Positions 56,144 to 64,000 of a DNA stretch of 64,000 bases are shown one piece after another; positions within the stretch are counted from its first letter, which is position 1, and each line of letters begins with the position of its first letter. The stretch lies in IMG/VR virus record IMGVR_UViG_3300042363_001075, positions 5,141-69,140 of that record, one strand, 5' to 3'. Below the pieces are notes generated by a model. The model did not search any database, had not been told where the DNA came from, and worked only from the letters and a program-made list of their open reading frames with translations. Both the position numbers and the translations under genes were made by a program. Origin of the DNA: a virus. Its lineage: Duplodnaviria; Caudoviricetes.

Positions 56144-56151
56144 ATAAATAT
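56144..56151 (-). promoter_or_regulatory. Putative late promoter box ATATTTAT
   Basis: 4 nt upstream of ATG 56139. Confidence 0.6.
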
Positions 56152-56154
56152 ACG

Positions 56155-56183
56155 AAAAAAAAAATCCACCCGAAGGTGGATTT
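56155..56183 (-). terminator. Rho-independent terminator after dnaK
   Basis: AAATCCACC-TTCG-GGTGGATTT plus U-tract on minus strand. Confidence 0.88.
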
Positions 56184-56204
56184 CTAACTTTAAAATTTAA
56201 GAGA

Positions 56205-58061
56205 TTATTTAACTTCCTCGAACTCTACATTTGAAAAGTCTTCTTCTGTTACTTCAGAGTTGTTTGTTTGTTCATACAACTTCTGACTTATGGTTTGGAA
56301 TTTTTGGTTAACCTCTTCCATCAAAACTTTTACTTCTGAAATTTCTTTCTTGTCGTAAGCAGTTTTTAACTTATCTACCGCCGAATTAATTTCGGCCTTT
56401 TCTTCTTCAGTAATCTTACCTTCAAGATCTTCCATAGATTTACCAACTTGGAACATTAATGAATCCGCAGAATTTAATGTATCAACATCTTCTTTTAATT
56501 TTTTGTCCGCCTCGGCATTCATCTCCGCCTCTTGTTTCATTCTTTCAATTTCTTCTTTTGACAAACCTGAAGATGACTCAATTCGAATTGATTGAACTTT
56601 ATTTGTTGCTTTATCAACCGCCGAAACATTAATAATACCATTTGCATCAATATCAAAAGTCACCTCAATTTGTGGAGTTCCTCTTCTTGATGGTGGAATT
56701 CCTTCTAAGTTAAATTTACCGATAGTTCTGTTGTCTTTTGCCATTGCTCTTTCTCCTTGTAGAACATGAATTTCTACTATAGGTTGATTATCAACTGCCG
56801 TTGAGAAAACTTCAGATTTTTTAGTAGGGATTGTTGTGTTTGCATCAATTAGTTTTGTAAACACACCACCCATAGTTTCAATACCTAATGAAAGTGGTGT
56901 TACATCAAGTAATAATACATCAGTTACATCACCGGCCAATACTCCTCCTTGGATTGCTGCCCCCAAAGCAACTACCTCATCAGGATTTACTCCTTTTGAT
57001 GGTTCTTTACCAAAGAATTTTTTAACCGCTTCTTGAACCGCAGGGATTCGAGTAGATCCACCAACTAAGATAATCTCGTCAATCTCACCAACAGTAAGAT
57101 TTGCGTTGGACATTGCTCTTTTACAAGGTTCAATTGTTCTATCTACCAAAGATTGTGTTAATTGATCAAACTTAGATTTTGTAATTGTTATTACCAAGTG
57201 TTTTGGACCTGTAGAATCTGCCGTTACATACGGTAAATTGATTTCTGTTTGTGGTGAAGAAGATAATTCAATCTTTGCTTTTTCAGCCGCTTCACGAAGT
57301 CTCTGAAGTGCCATAGGGTCTTTTGAAATATCCATTCCGTTTTCTTTTTTGAACTCAGACACTAAATAATCTATAAGTGCTTGGTCAAAATCGTCACCAC
57401 CTAAGTGAGTGTCACCGTCAGTAGACAATACTTCAAATACGCCGTCACCAAGTTCTAATACCGATACATCGTGCGTTCCACCACCACAGTCAAATACTAC
57501 GATTTTCATGTCTTTTGACATTTTATCAAGTCCGTAAGCCAAAGCAGCTGCGGTTGGTTCGTTGATAATTCTTTTTACGGTAAGTCCTGCAATTTCACCA
57601 GCTTCTTTAGTTGCTTGTCTTTGTGCGTCATTAAAATACGCAGGAACTGTAATTACGGCTTCAGTAACAGATTGACCTAAATAGTCTTCCGCAGTTTGTT
57701 TCATTTTTTGAAGAATTGCGGCTGAGAGTTCTTGTGGTGAATAAGTTCGATCGTTGATTTGAACTTTTGGTGAGTTATTTTCTTTAACTACCTTGTAAGG
57801 GACCTTTGATGTTTCGTTTTTAATTTCATCAAAAGAAGATCCCATAAATCTTTTAATTGAGTAAATTGTTTTATCTGGATTTGTTACCGCCTGTCTTTTG
57901 GCAGGGTCTCCAATTTTTCTTTCACCCTCTTTAACAAATCCTACAATAGATGGTGTGGTTCTTTTTCCTTCACTGTTAGCAATAACTACAGGTTCCTTTC
58001 CTTCCATTACAGCAACACACGAGTTAGTTGTTCCCAAGTCAATTCCAATTATTTTTCCCAT
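56205..58061 (-). CDS. dnaK: Chaperone DnaK (Hsp70)
   Basis: [68 protein letters not shown]. Confidence 0.98.
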   Translation of the reverse strand: MGKIIGIDLGTTNSCVAVMEGKEPVVIANSEGKRTTPSIVGFVKEGERKIGDPAKRQAVTNPDKTIYSIKRFMGSSFDEIKNETSKVPYKVVKENNSPKVQINDRTYSPQELSAAILQKMKQTAEDYLGQSVTEAVITVPAYFNDAQRQATKEAGEIAGLTVKRIINEPTAAALAYGLDKMSKDMKIVVFDCGGGTHDVSVLELGDGVFEVLSTDGDTHLGGDDFDQALIDYLVSEFKKENGMDISKDPMALQRLREAAEKAKIELSSSPQTEINLPYVTADSTGPKHLVITITKSKFDQLTQSLVDRTIEPCKRAMSNANLTVGEIDEIILVGGSTRIPAVQEAVKKFFGKEPSKGVNPDEVVALGAAIQGGVLAGDVTDVLLLDVTPLSLGIETMGGVFTKLIDANTTIPTKKSEVFSTAVDNQPIVEIHVLQGERAMAKDNRTIGKFNLEGIPPSRRGTPQIEVTFDIDANGIINVSAVDKATNKVQSIRIESSSGLSKEEIERMKQEAEMNAEADKKLKEDVDTLNSADSLMFQVGKSMEDLEGKITEEEKAEINSAVDKLKTAYDKKEISEVKVLMEEVNQKFQTISQKLYEQTNNSEVTEEDFSNVEFEEVK

Positions 58062-58105
58062 TTTTAATCATTTTATTTTTATGTTTATTTTTTCACATTT
58101 TTTAC

Positions 58106-58136
58106 CAAATATATGCCATTCCATAAAACCTGTCAA
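58106..58136 (-). promoter_or_regulatory. Bacteroidota sigma70-type promoter of dnaK (TTG-N20-TATATTTG)
   Basis: Minus strand TTG at 58134-58136, TATATTTG at 58106-58113. Confidence 0.7.
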
Positions 58137-58138
58137 TA

Positions 58139-58166
58139 TGTCAGTATATTTTTTTTTATACTGACA
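58139..58166. promoter_or_regulatory. Perfect 10-bp inverted repeat (operator-like)
   Basis: TGTCAGTATA-T8-TATACTGACA between divergent dnaK and clpC. Confidence 0.6.
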
Positions 58167-58229
58167 AAATAACAATATTGGACTTTTCTAAATTTATTTC
58201 TTAGTTTTTGAATGTAAAACAATAGAAGT

Positions 58230-60269
58230 ATGTTAGAATTTATGGATGAAGGAAATGATAAAGCGAAAAAAAAGTCTGATTCAGGAACACCTGTGTTAGA
58301 TAATTTCAGCAAGGACTTAAACAAATTAGCACAGGAAGGTAAATTAGACCCTGTGATTGGTAGAAAAAAAGAAATCTTAAGGATTGCTCAGATTTTATCT
58401 AGAAGAAAGAAAAATAACCCAATTATTATTGGTGAACCAGGAGCAGGAAAAACTGCAATTGTTGAGGGTCTCGCTATGATGATACATGACGGTGAATGTC
58501 CTAAAAATTTAATGGACAAAAGAATCGTATCTTTAGATATGAATTCTTTGGTTGCCGGAACAAAGTATCGTGGTCAGTTTGAGGAAAGAATGAAGGTCAT
58601 TATTGAAGAACTCCAAGCGGCACCAAACATTATCTTATTTATTGATGAGATTCATACAATAGTAGGTGCGGGTAATAGTTCAGGTTCGTTAGATGCATCG
58701 AACATCTTTAAACCGGCACTTTCTCGTGGAGAGATTCAATGTATCGGGGCAACTACTTTAGATGAGTACCGAACAAACTTTGAGAAGGATGGAGCATTAG
58801 AAAGAAGATTCCAAAAAGTTGTTGTAGATCCTTCTTCAAAGGAGGAAACATTTGAAATTTTGAAGATGAGTAAAGAAAAGTATGAGGATCATCACAAAGT
58901 AACATACGATGATGACACTCTATGGACATTTGTTGAGTTGGCAGATCGTTACATTACTGATCGTGAGTTTCCCGATAAAGCTTTTGATATTTTGGATGAG
59001 GTTGGGGCAAGAATGCAAATTGACATCAAACTTCCTGAAGTAATTGAAAACTTAAAAGACGAAGCAAACAAGATCAAACAAGAGAAGTTGGATGTTATTA
59101 AAAGACAGGATTATGAACAAGCTGCAGAACTTCGTGATCGTGAACGAGGAATAATTGCAAAACTTGAGGAAGAAAAGAAAAAATTTGAGGAACACCTTAG
59201 AAGTAGTAAAAGAACTATTCCTGAAGAATTGGTTTACGAAGTAGTTTCAAACATGACCAAAATTCCAATCTCAAATATCAATCTTGATGAAAGAAATAAC
59301 CTTATTAACTTGAGTAACAATTTAGGTTCAAAAGTTATTGGTCAAGAAGAAGCCGTATTAAAAATTACAAAGGCAATCCGTAGAAATAGAATGGGTATTA
59401 AAGATCCAAATAAACCAATCGGTTCATTTATCTTCTTAGGTTCAACCGGTGTTGGTAAAACATACTTGGCGAAACAATTAGCAAAAGAGATCTTTGGTAG
59501 TGAAGATAACATGATCCGTGTGGACATGAGTGAATACCAAGAGAAACACACCATTTCTCGTTTGATCGGTTCACCTCCAGGATATGTTGGTCACGATGAT
59601 GGTGGACAACTTACAGAACAAGTAAAAAACAAACCTTACTCTGTTGTATTGTTCGATGAAATTGAGAAAGCACATAAAGATATCTTTTCAACACTTCTTC
59701 AGTTATTGGATGATGGTCACATTACAGATTCATTGGGTCGTAAAATCAACTTTAAAAATTGTTTAATCATTATGACCTCTAACATTGGGGTTAAAAAACT
59801 ACAGGACTTTGGTGCTGGAGTTGGGTTTAAGACTGGAAAAAGTGAAGCGGTTAGAGAAGAAGAAAAAAGAGAAATTCTTAAAAAAGAACTAAGTAAATTT
59901 TTCGCACCTGAATTCTTAAATCGTATCGATGATGTAGTCATCTTCAATTCACTTGAAAAGAAACATATTGATGTGATCACAAAACTTGAGGTTGACCGAC
60001 TACTAAAAAGAGTTTTAGAGAAGAAGTATATTTTCACTTATGATCAAGATCTAATTGATTATATTTCCAAAGTAGGATTTGACGAAACATTTGGGGCTAG
60101 ACCAATCAAAAGAGCAATCCAAGATAAGATTGAGGATTTAATTTCTGAAAAAATCCTAATGATGGAGATTGAAGAAAATAAAGATTATATCTTGAAGGTT
60201 GAAAATGATGAGGTTATTGTTTCTGATAAAGAAGAAAAAGTCAAAAAAACAAGAAAAAAGAAAGATTAA
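58230..60269 (+). CDS. clpC: ClpC-type AAA+ unfoldase lacking the N-terminal Clp domain
   Basis: Two NBDs (GEPGAGKT/FIDEIH; GSTGVGKT/FDEIEKAH), short UVR-type M-domain (QDYEQAAELRD) and VGF loop; only ~20 aa before NBD1. Confidence 0.88.
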   Translation: MLEFMDEGNDKAKKKSDSGTPVLDNFSKDLNKLAQEGKLDPVIGRKKEILRIAQILSRRKKNNPIIIGEPGAGKTAIVEGLAMMIHDGECPKNLMDKRIVSLDMNSLVAGTKYRGQFEERMKVIIEELQAAPNIILFIDEIHTIVGAGNSSGSLDASNIFKPALSRGEIQCIGATTLDEYRTNFEKDGALERRFQKVVVDPSSKEETFEILKMSKEKYEDHHKVTYDDDTLWTFVELADRYITDREFPDKAFDILDEVGARMQIDIKLPEVIENLKDEANKIKQEKLDVIKRQDYEQAAELRDRERGIIAKLEEEKKKFEEHLRSSKRTIPEELVYEVVSNMTKIPISNINLDERNNLINLSNNLGSKVIGQEEAVLKITKAIRRNRMGIKDPNKPIGSFIFLGSTGVGKTYLAKQLAKEIFGSEDNMIRVDMSEYQEKHTISRLIGSPPGYVGHDDGGQLTEQVKNKPYSVVLFDEIEKAHKDIFSTLLQLLDDGHITDSLGRKINFKNCLIIMTSNIGVKKLQDFGAGVGFKTGKSEAVREEEKREILKKELSKFFAPEFLNRIDDVVIFNSLEKKHIDVITKLEVDRLLKRVLEKKYIFTYDQDLIDYISKVGFDETFGARPIKRAIQDKIEDLISEKILMMEIEENKDYILKVENDEVIVSDKEEKVKKTRKKKD

Positions 60270-60293
60270 TTTTTTTATTAACAATTAATCAAC

Positions 60294-60301
60294 TACTTTT
60301 G
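60294..60301 (+). promoter_or_regulatory. Bacteroidota-type -7 element TACTTTTG
   Basis: 15 nt upstream of ATG 60317. Confidence 0.5.
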
Positions 60302-60316
60302 TAGAAACAATTTGAA

Positions 60317-61342
60317 ATGGATCTAAATAAATTTAAAGAACTCTTATCTGTCCCTACTAAGACCTATAAGGAAAGTAAAATGGTAGAATATCTGATTTCT
60401 ACCATTGGGGATATGGATGGAGTTACTCTTACTTGTGACGAACATAATAACATATACGCAGTTAAAGGAACATTGGGTGAAGGAGAATTTTACCCAATGT
60501 TTATTTCTCACACTGATACAGTTCACGAACTTGTTGACCTTATTGATGTAAAAGAAGAATATCTTCTTCGTCCTTACACTTTTGGAAAAGACTTTGGTTC
60601 AGAACAAGTATTATGTTTAAAGGCGTACGATAAAGACGGCAAACCAACAGGTATTGGTGGTGATGACAAATGTGGGATCTACATTTGTTTAGAATTACTT
60701 TCTAAATTAGACAAAGTTAAAGTTGCGTTTTTCGTATCAGAAGAAACAGGTTGTCACGGATCAAAATTGGTGGATAAAGATTTCTTAAAAGATGTTGGTT
60801 ATTGTACACAATACGATGCTCCTGGTGATCACTTAATTTCTTACAGTTGTATGGGAACTGTATTGTTTGATAAAGATGGTGAGTTTTTTGATCTTTCTTT
60901 ACGAGCAATTACAGATGGGTTTAAAAATGAGATGATGGTTCAAAGTCACCCATACACAGATATCATGATGATTAAACAACTATCTGATTTATCTTGTATC
61001 AACATGTCTTGTGGTTATTATAACATGCACACAGCAAATGAATTCGTTTGTATTGATGATGTTGAAAGATCTATTGTTGCGGGAAAAAATATGGTTAAAG
61101 AATTAGGTTTGAAAAAATACGAGTTCAAAACAGAACCAAAACCGACAACTACCACAACAACTTTGTTTGATGATGAAAGTCCATTCTACGATGATATTCA
61201 CCAACTAACATCTATTGATGTGATTGAGGAAAAAGATGGGTTTATAATCGCAGATATCTACGATGAAAATCAATTCTATATTGATGATGAGGATGGATAC
61301 AGGTTGTACGAGATTCTAAAAGAGCGTTATCGTTTCAATTGA
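60317..61342 (+). CDS. M20/M28-family metallopeptidase
   Basis: SHTDTV, GGDDKCG, SEETGCHGS, QYD, YYNMHTANE zinc ligands. Confidence 0.85.
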   Translation: MDLNKFKELLSVPTKTYKESKMVEYLISTIGDMDGVTLTCDEHNNIYAVKGTLGEGEFYPMFISHTDTVHELVDLIDVKEEYLLRPYTFGKDFGSEQVLCLKAYDKDGKPTGIGGDDKCGIYICLELLSKLDKVKVAFFVSEETGCHGSKLVDKDFLKDVGYCTQYDAPGDHLISYSCMGTVLFDKDGEFFDLSLRAITDGFKNEMMVQSHPYTDIMMIKQLSDLSCINMSCGYYNMHTANEFVCIDDVERSIVAGKNMVKELGLKKYEFKTEPKPTTTTTTLFDDESPFYDDIHQLTSIDVIEEKDGFIIADIYDENQFYIDDEDGYRLYEILKERYRFN

Positions 61343-62466
61343 CCTGGTTGGATTCTATACTCAGTTGGTTTAAATAGTCCTGGTTGAGTTGCCATCGCAA
61401 TTACCGAATCAGGAGTTGATAAACCATACTGACGGTCTCCAAAGTAAGAATTTCTTCCGACTATATATTTTACTTTTAAAGTTTCAGGATCAACTTCTTC
61501 GACTCTTATGTATTCGTTAACTTGACCTGGTATTTTTACGCCACTAGTTCTAAAAAGACCTAACGAACTAAGTTTATCCATAGTTTTTGCATATTCAGGA
61601 GAAAATTCTTCTTGAGCTCTTTCTATATACTCATCAATTAAATTAACCAATTTTTCACAGGATTGGGATTGGAACATTTCATTATCCATTACATAATATT
61701 CCATCTCATAATGTTCAGGAAGAGAATGTTTAAATTTTTTATCAATTTTTTGTATTAACAAATCAAGAGCATTCCCATCAAATTCACCATCCTCAACAAA
61801 TAACTGAACTAAATTACCCCAACTTATAAAGTATAACCCAAAACACCACTTACCCCATTTCTCAACTCCAAAGTCACTTAATGTGTCACAATATACCTTT
61901 TGTATTTCCTCTTTAGCGCCTTCTTCAGTTGCATTTGATTTAGCGGAACATATGATCTCATCCACTTCATCACCAAACCCTCTAAAGTATTTATCTAATA
62001 CTGCGGAGATTTCACCTTCACCATCAATTTTTTTACCGTCTTCAGAAATATATTTTACAAGATTAGGTGAGATTATTTTAAGAAATTCTCTTAGTCTAAC
62101 ACCTGCTTCACCACAGAAATAACCTAAAGTATATCCTTCTTGCCAATCATCATATGCTCGCTCTTGGCACGAATCATAAAAATCGTAAGAACCATAATAC
62201 ATACGATCATAGTTAATAGCATCCCACTCACCATCAGATCCTTCTTCAAACGCAGGGTAATGAAAAAATTTCAAAAACTGTTCTAAATCTTCAAAATCAA
62301 ATAATAAACCATCAGGTTTAATTTGAACCTTATTTAAATCAATGTCATAATCTTTAGTTATGAATTCGACATCATCAGGAGACAACTTTCTTTTATTTAA
62401 AAGAAGGATTTTTTGAAAGTCCGTCATTTCATTAACATCATTTTCTATAAGAAGTCTTTTTTTCAT
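61327..62466 (-). CDS. Hypothetical acidic protein (late)
   Basis: 379 aa; MKKRLLIE leader; late box 6 nt upstream. Confidence 0.7.
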   Translation of the reverse strand: MKKRLLIENDVNEMTDFQKILLLNKRKLSPDDVEFITKDYDIDLNKVQIKPDGLLFDFEDLEQFLKFFHYPAFEEGSDGEWDAINYDRMYYGSYDFYDSCQERAYDDWQEGYTLGYFCGEAGVRLREFLKIISPNLVKYISEDGKKIDGEGEISAVLDKYFRGFGDEVDEIICSAKSNATEEGAKEEIQKVYCDTLSDFGVEKWGKWCFGLYFISWGNLVQLFVEDGEFDGNALDLLIQKIDKKFKHSLPEHYEMEYYVMDNEMFQSQSCEKLVNLIDEYIERAQEEFSPEYAKTMDKLSSLGLFRTSGVKIPGQVNEYIRVEEVDPETLKVKYIVGRNSYFGDRQYGLSTPDSVIAMATQPGLFKPTEYRIQPGQLKR

Positions 62467-62480
62467 ATATTTATAAATAT
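62467..62480. promoter_or_regulatory. Palindromic double late box ATATTTATAAATAT
   Basis: Minus copy (62473-80) faces gene 62466; plus copy (62467-74) faces ssrA. Confidence 0.55.
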
Positions 62481-62481
62481 A

Positions 62482-62512
62482 TTGGATAATACAAATCTTT
62501 GTATTATATTTG
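62482..62512 (+). promoter_or_regulatory. Bacteroidota sigma70-type promoter of ssrA (TTG-N20-TATATTTG)
   Basis: TTG at 62482-84; TATATTTG at 62505-12. Confidence 0.7.
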
Positions 62513-62533
62513 TATAGAAGTTATTTGACATAT

Positions 62534-62923
62534 GGGGGCGTTTTTGGATTTGACAGATATTGGCTGAGGAATAAGGGCATGTAGGGACTGAGTTAATCTC
62601 TTTAAAAACTGACTTAAGAAAACAACTGGCAATGTGCTAAACAAAATGGAAACTCTTGGATTAGTAAGAGGTTCTGAAGTTACTGTAGCTTAAGAATAAG
62701 TTCGGAAACGGGGGGTCGGCAGACATATAACCTAGCAACAGAAGTCGTAGTTTGTGGTGGATTACTATTGAACCCTAAATCGAATGGTAACCATTGGTTG
62801 TTGATTTACGATGGTGAAGAACAAATCAACTATTTTGGGGTGTTAGAAAATACCAACCTAAACATGTAGTCCTTATCTGACAGGATAGACTGGACGAGGG
62901 TTCGAGTCCCTCCGCCTCCACCA
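62534..62923 (+). ncRNA. ssrA: tmRNA
   Basis: 5' GGGGGCG pairs with 3' CGCCTCC-ACCA, including a G3-U wobble; T-arm GAGGGTTCGAGTCCCTC; PK1 (AGGGA/TCTCT, TGAGTTA/TGACTTA); tag ORF 62628-62693 GNVLNKMETLGLVRGSEVTVA*. Confidence 0.95.
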
Positions 62924-62926
62924 ACT

Positions 62927-62955
62927 AAACCTCATCTTCGGATGGGGTTTTTTTA
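62927..62955. terminator. Terminator after ssrA (also at FkbM stop)
   Basis: AAACCTCATC-TTCG-GATGGGGTTT followed by a T-tract. Confidence 0.85.
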
Positions 62956-63564
62956 TCTTGACCAATAACCATCACCCCAACTACCGTCGGTCCAATAGTC
63001 TTCTCTTAATGTAAAACCATGTTGGTATAAAAATTCGCAAAGTTCAGAAAGTGTGGGACAACCCTCATACATCTCTACACCATTGATTTCACAAAAGATG
63101 TGATCAATCCTTTTTAAGGTTTCAGTGGATCCTTTTAATACTTCCATCTCAAACCCTTGAACATCTAAAACTAAAAGATTAGAATCTTGTATATTAAATT
63201 CATCTAATGTTTTAATCTCTAAAATTTCTGACTGTACAAAGTTTATATGGGGATAAATTTCTAAAACTTTTTCAGGGCGACTAAAAGATGCACTTTGACC
63301 TTCGTTACTTGAATCCCACATTTGTTTTAGTTCTGATTTAGAACCTAATCCGTAATTATAAAAAATATTATTAGGTTTTGTTTCTAAATTGTTTTTTAAA
63401 GTTTCATAAACTTCTTTTTGCGGCTCAAACCAATGTATTTTTGGTTGGTTAAAAAATTCTTGATATTCATCATATTCTTGACCAAAATGAGCACCAACAT
63501 GAATGACTCCATTAACATTAGAGAAATCATATTTATTTTTATATTCGTTAAATCCTACTATCAT
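62953..63564 (-). CDS. FkbM-family methyltransferase
   Basis: VIHVGAHFG, HWFEP, LLVLDVQGFEMEVLKG, IFCEI, YEGCP, WGDGYW. Confidence 0.9.
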   Translation of the reverse strand: MIVGFNEYKNKYDFSNVNGVIHVGAHFGQEYDEYQEFFNQPKIHWFEPQKEVYETLKNNLETKPNNIFYNYGLGSKSELKQMWDSSNEGQSASFSRPEKVLEIYPHINFVQSEILEIKTLDEFNIQDSNLLVLDVQGFEMEVLKGSTETLKRIDHIFCEINGVEMYEGCPTLSELCEFLYQHGFTLREDYWTDGSWGDGYWSR

Positions 63565-63591
63565 AATTTAAGTATAGGAAAGTTTTTGCAT

Positions 63592-63620
63592 AAAAAAAGG
63601 GATCGATTCACATCGTCCCT
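63592..63620 (-). terminator. Rho-independent terminator
   Basis: AGGGACGAT-GTGA-ATCGATCCC plus 7 U on minus strand. Confidence 0.7.
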
Positions 63621-63654
63621 AAATTTTTTTGCCGGTCGCTCCATTTAAAAATAA

Positions 63655-64000
63655 AAACCTGAGATTACAGTTTTTGTGAGGTATCTTTCGAAGGATTATT
63701 CTTTCCCTTCTTATCCACTTCCTTTTGAGAAGTAATCCTCAGTGACGGTCTTTTAGGTATACCACTCCTTGAGATAACAGTTACTCTCTTATTACTCGAC
63801 TCTCTCCGAGAATGCCTTCCCAGTTGGTCCTTGCGGGACTAGAGGTGTTTGGTAAGAATACGATCAGACTTGCGATCCTTTCGTGCAATGAACGGCTCAT
63901 TACTATGTAGTCACCTTTCACTGTTACCTGACGGACACTTTTGCTTCTGTAGTTTCATATTGGAAAATATCAACTTCCATAAGTTTTTGTGTCGTGGATT
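63655..64000 (-). ncRNA. Candidate large structured ncRNA, 3' part (family unassigned)
   Basis: No ORF in track; higher GC than flanks; nested helices and GNRA-type loops on minus strand; followed by a terminator. Confidence 0.55.

Noticed and set aside
58104-58118. Sigma54 promoter (TGGCA...TTG) at dnaK
   Set aside because: Spacing is one base off and the -12 GC is missing; a full TTG-N20-TAnnTTTG promoter explains the site.
62611-62640. Alternative tmRNA tag frame DLRKQLAMC*
   Set aside because: Its first codons lie inside pseudoknot PK1 stem 2; GGC at 62628 has the expected ~11 nt spacing after PK1.
1-64000. Stop-codon reassignment as in some Bacteroidota phages
   Set aside because: Conserved genes are intact in code 11, and TAG ends genes at 14204 and 46208 at sensible boundaries.
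1-64000. Bacterial chromosome (dnaK, clpC, gmd, fcl, ssrA, rpsU)
   Set aside because: These genes are embedded among T4-like capsid, portal, protease and terminase genes that share a phage promoter motif, and their usual bacterial neighbours are absent.

Overview
64 kb of an AT-rich jumbo phage genome with a T4-superfamily head module: gp23-like major capsid, acidic prohead core, gp21 protease, gp20 portal and gp17 terminase. The host is most likely Bacteroidota. Support for this: TAnnTTTG promoters, no Shine-Dalgarno sites, a Flavobacterium-like bS21 ending KAAYIQ, a DUF4494-like gene and a tmRNA tag starting with Gly. Left to right: (1) two tandem giant proline-free Gly-X-Y Ser/Thr proteins (one of 2757 aa, one cut by the edge) and Cys/Pro-Thr-rich virion-like proteins; (2) a late operon containing a stand-alone WYL domain; (3) a ~16 kb operon of glycosyltransferases, GDP-fucose and rare-sugar enzymes, dUTPase, an exonuclease and PhoH, ending in a sigma-factor-like gene; (4) baseplate/spike-like and internal-protein-like genes; (5) the head and packaging module with an antisense bS21; (6) NTase, KTSC, DnaK, an N-domain-less ClpC, an M20/M28 peptidase and a tmRNA with an atypical 21-codon tag; (7) an FkbM methyltransferase and the 3' part of a probable large structured ncRNA. 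A conserved RTATTTAT box precedes 19 late-type genes, often only 4-6 nt before the ATG. Best candidates for undescribed biology: a phage-encoded virion glycosylation system acting on micrometre-scale Gly-X-Y fibres, and a phage-encoded translation/proteostasis takeover (leaderless late mRNAs, bS21, re-tagged tmRNA, ClpC lacking its N-domain). All family calls come from motif recognition by eye; no database search was run.
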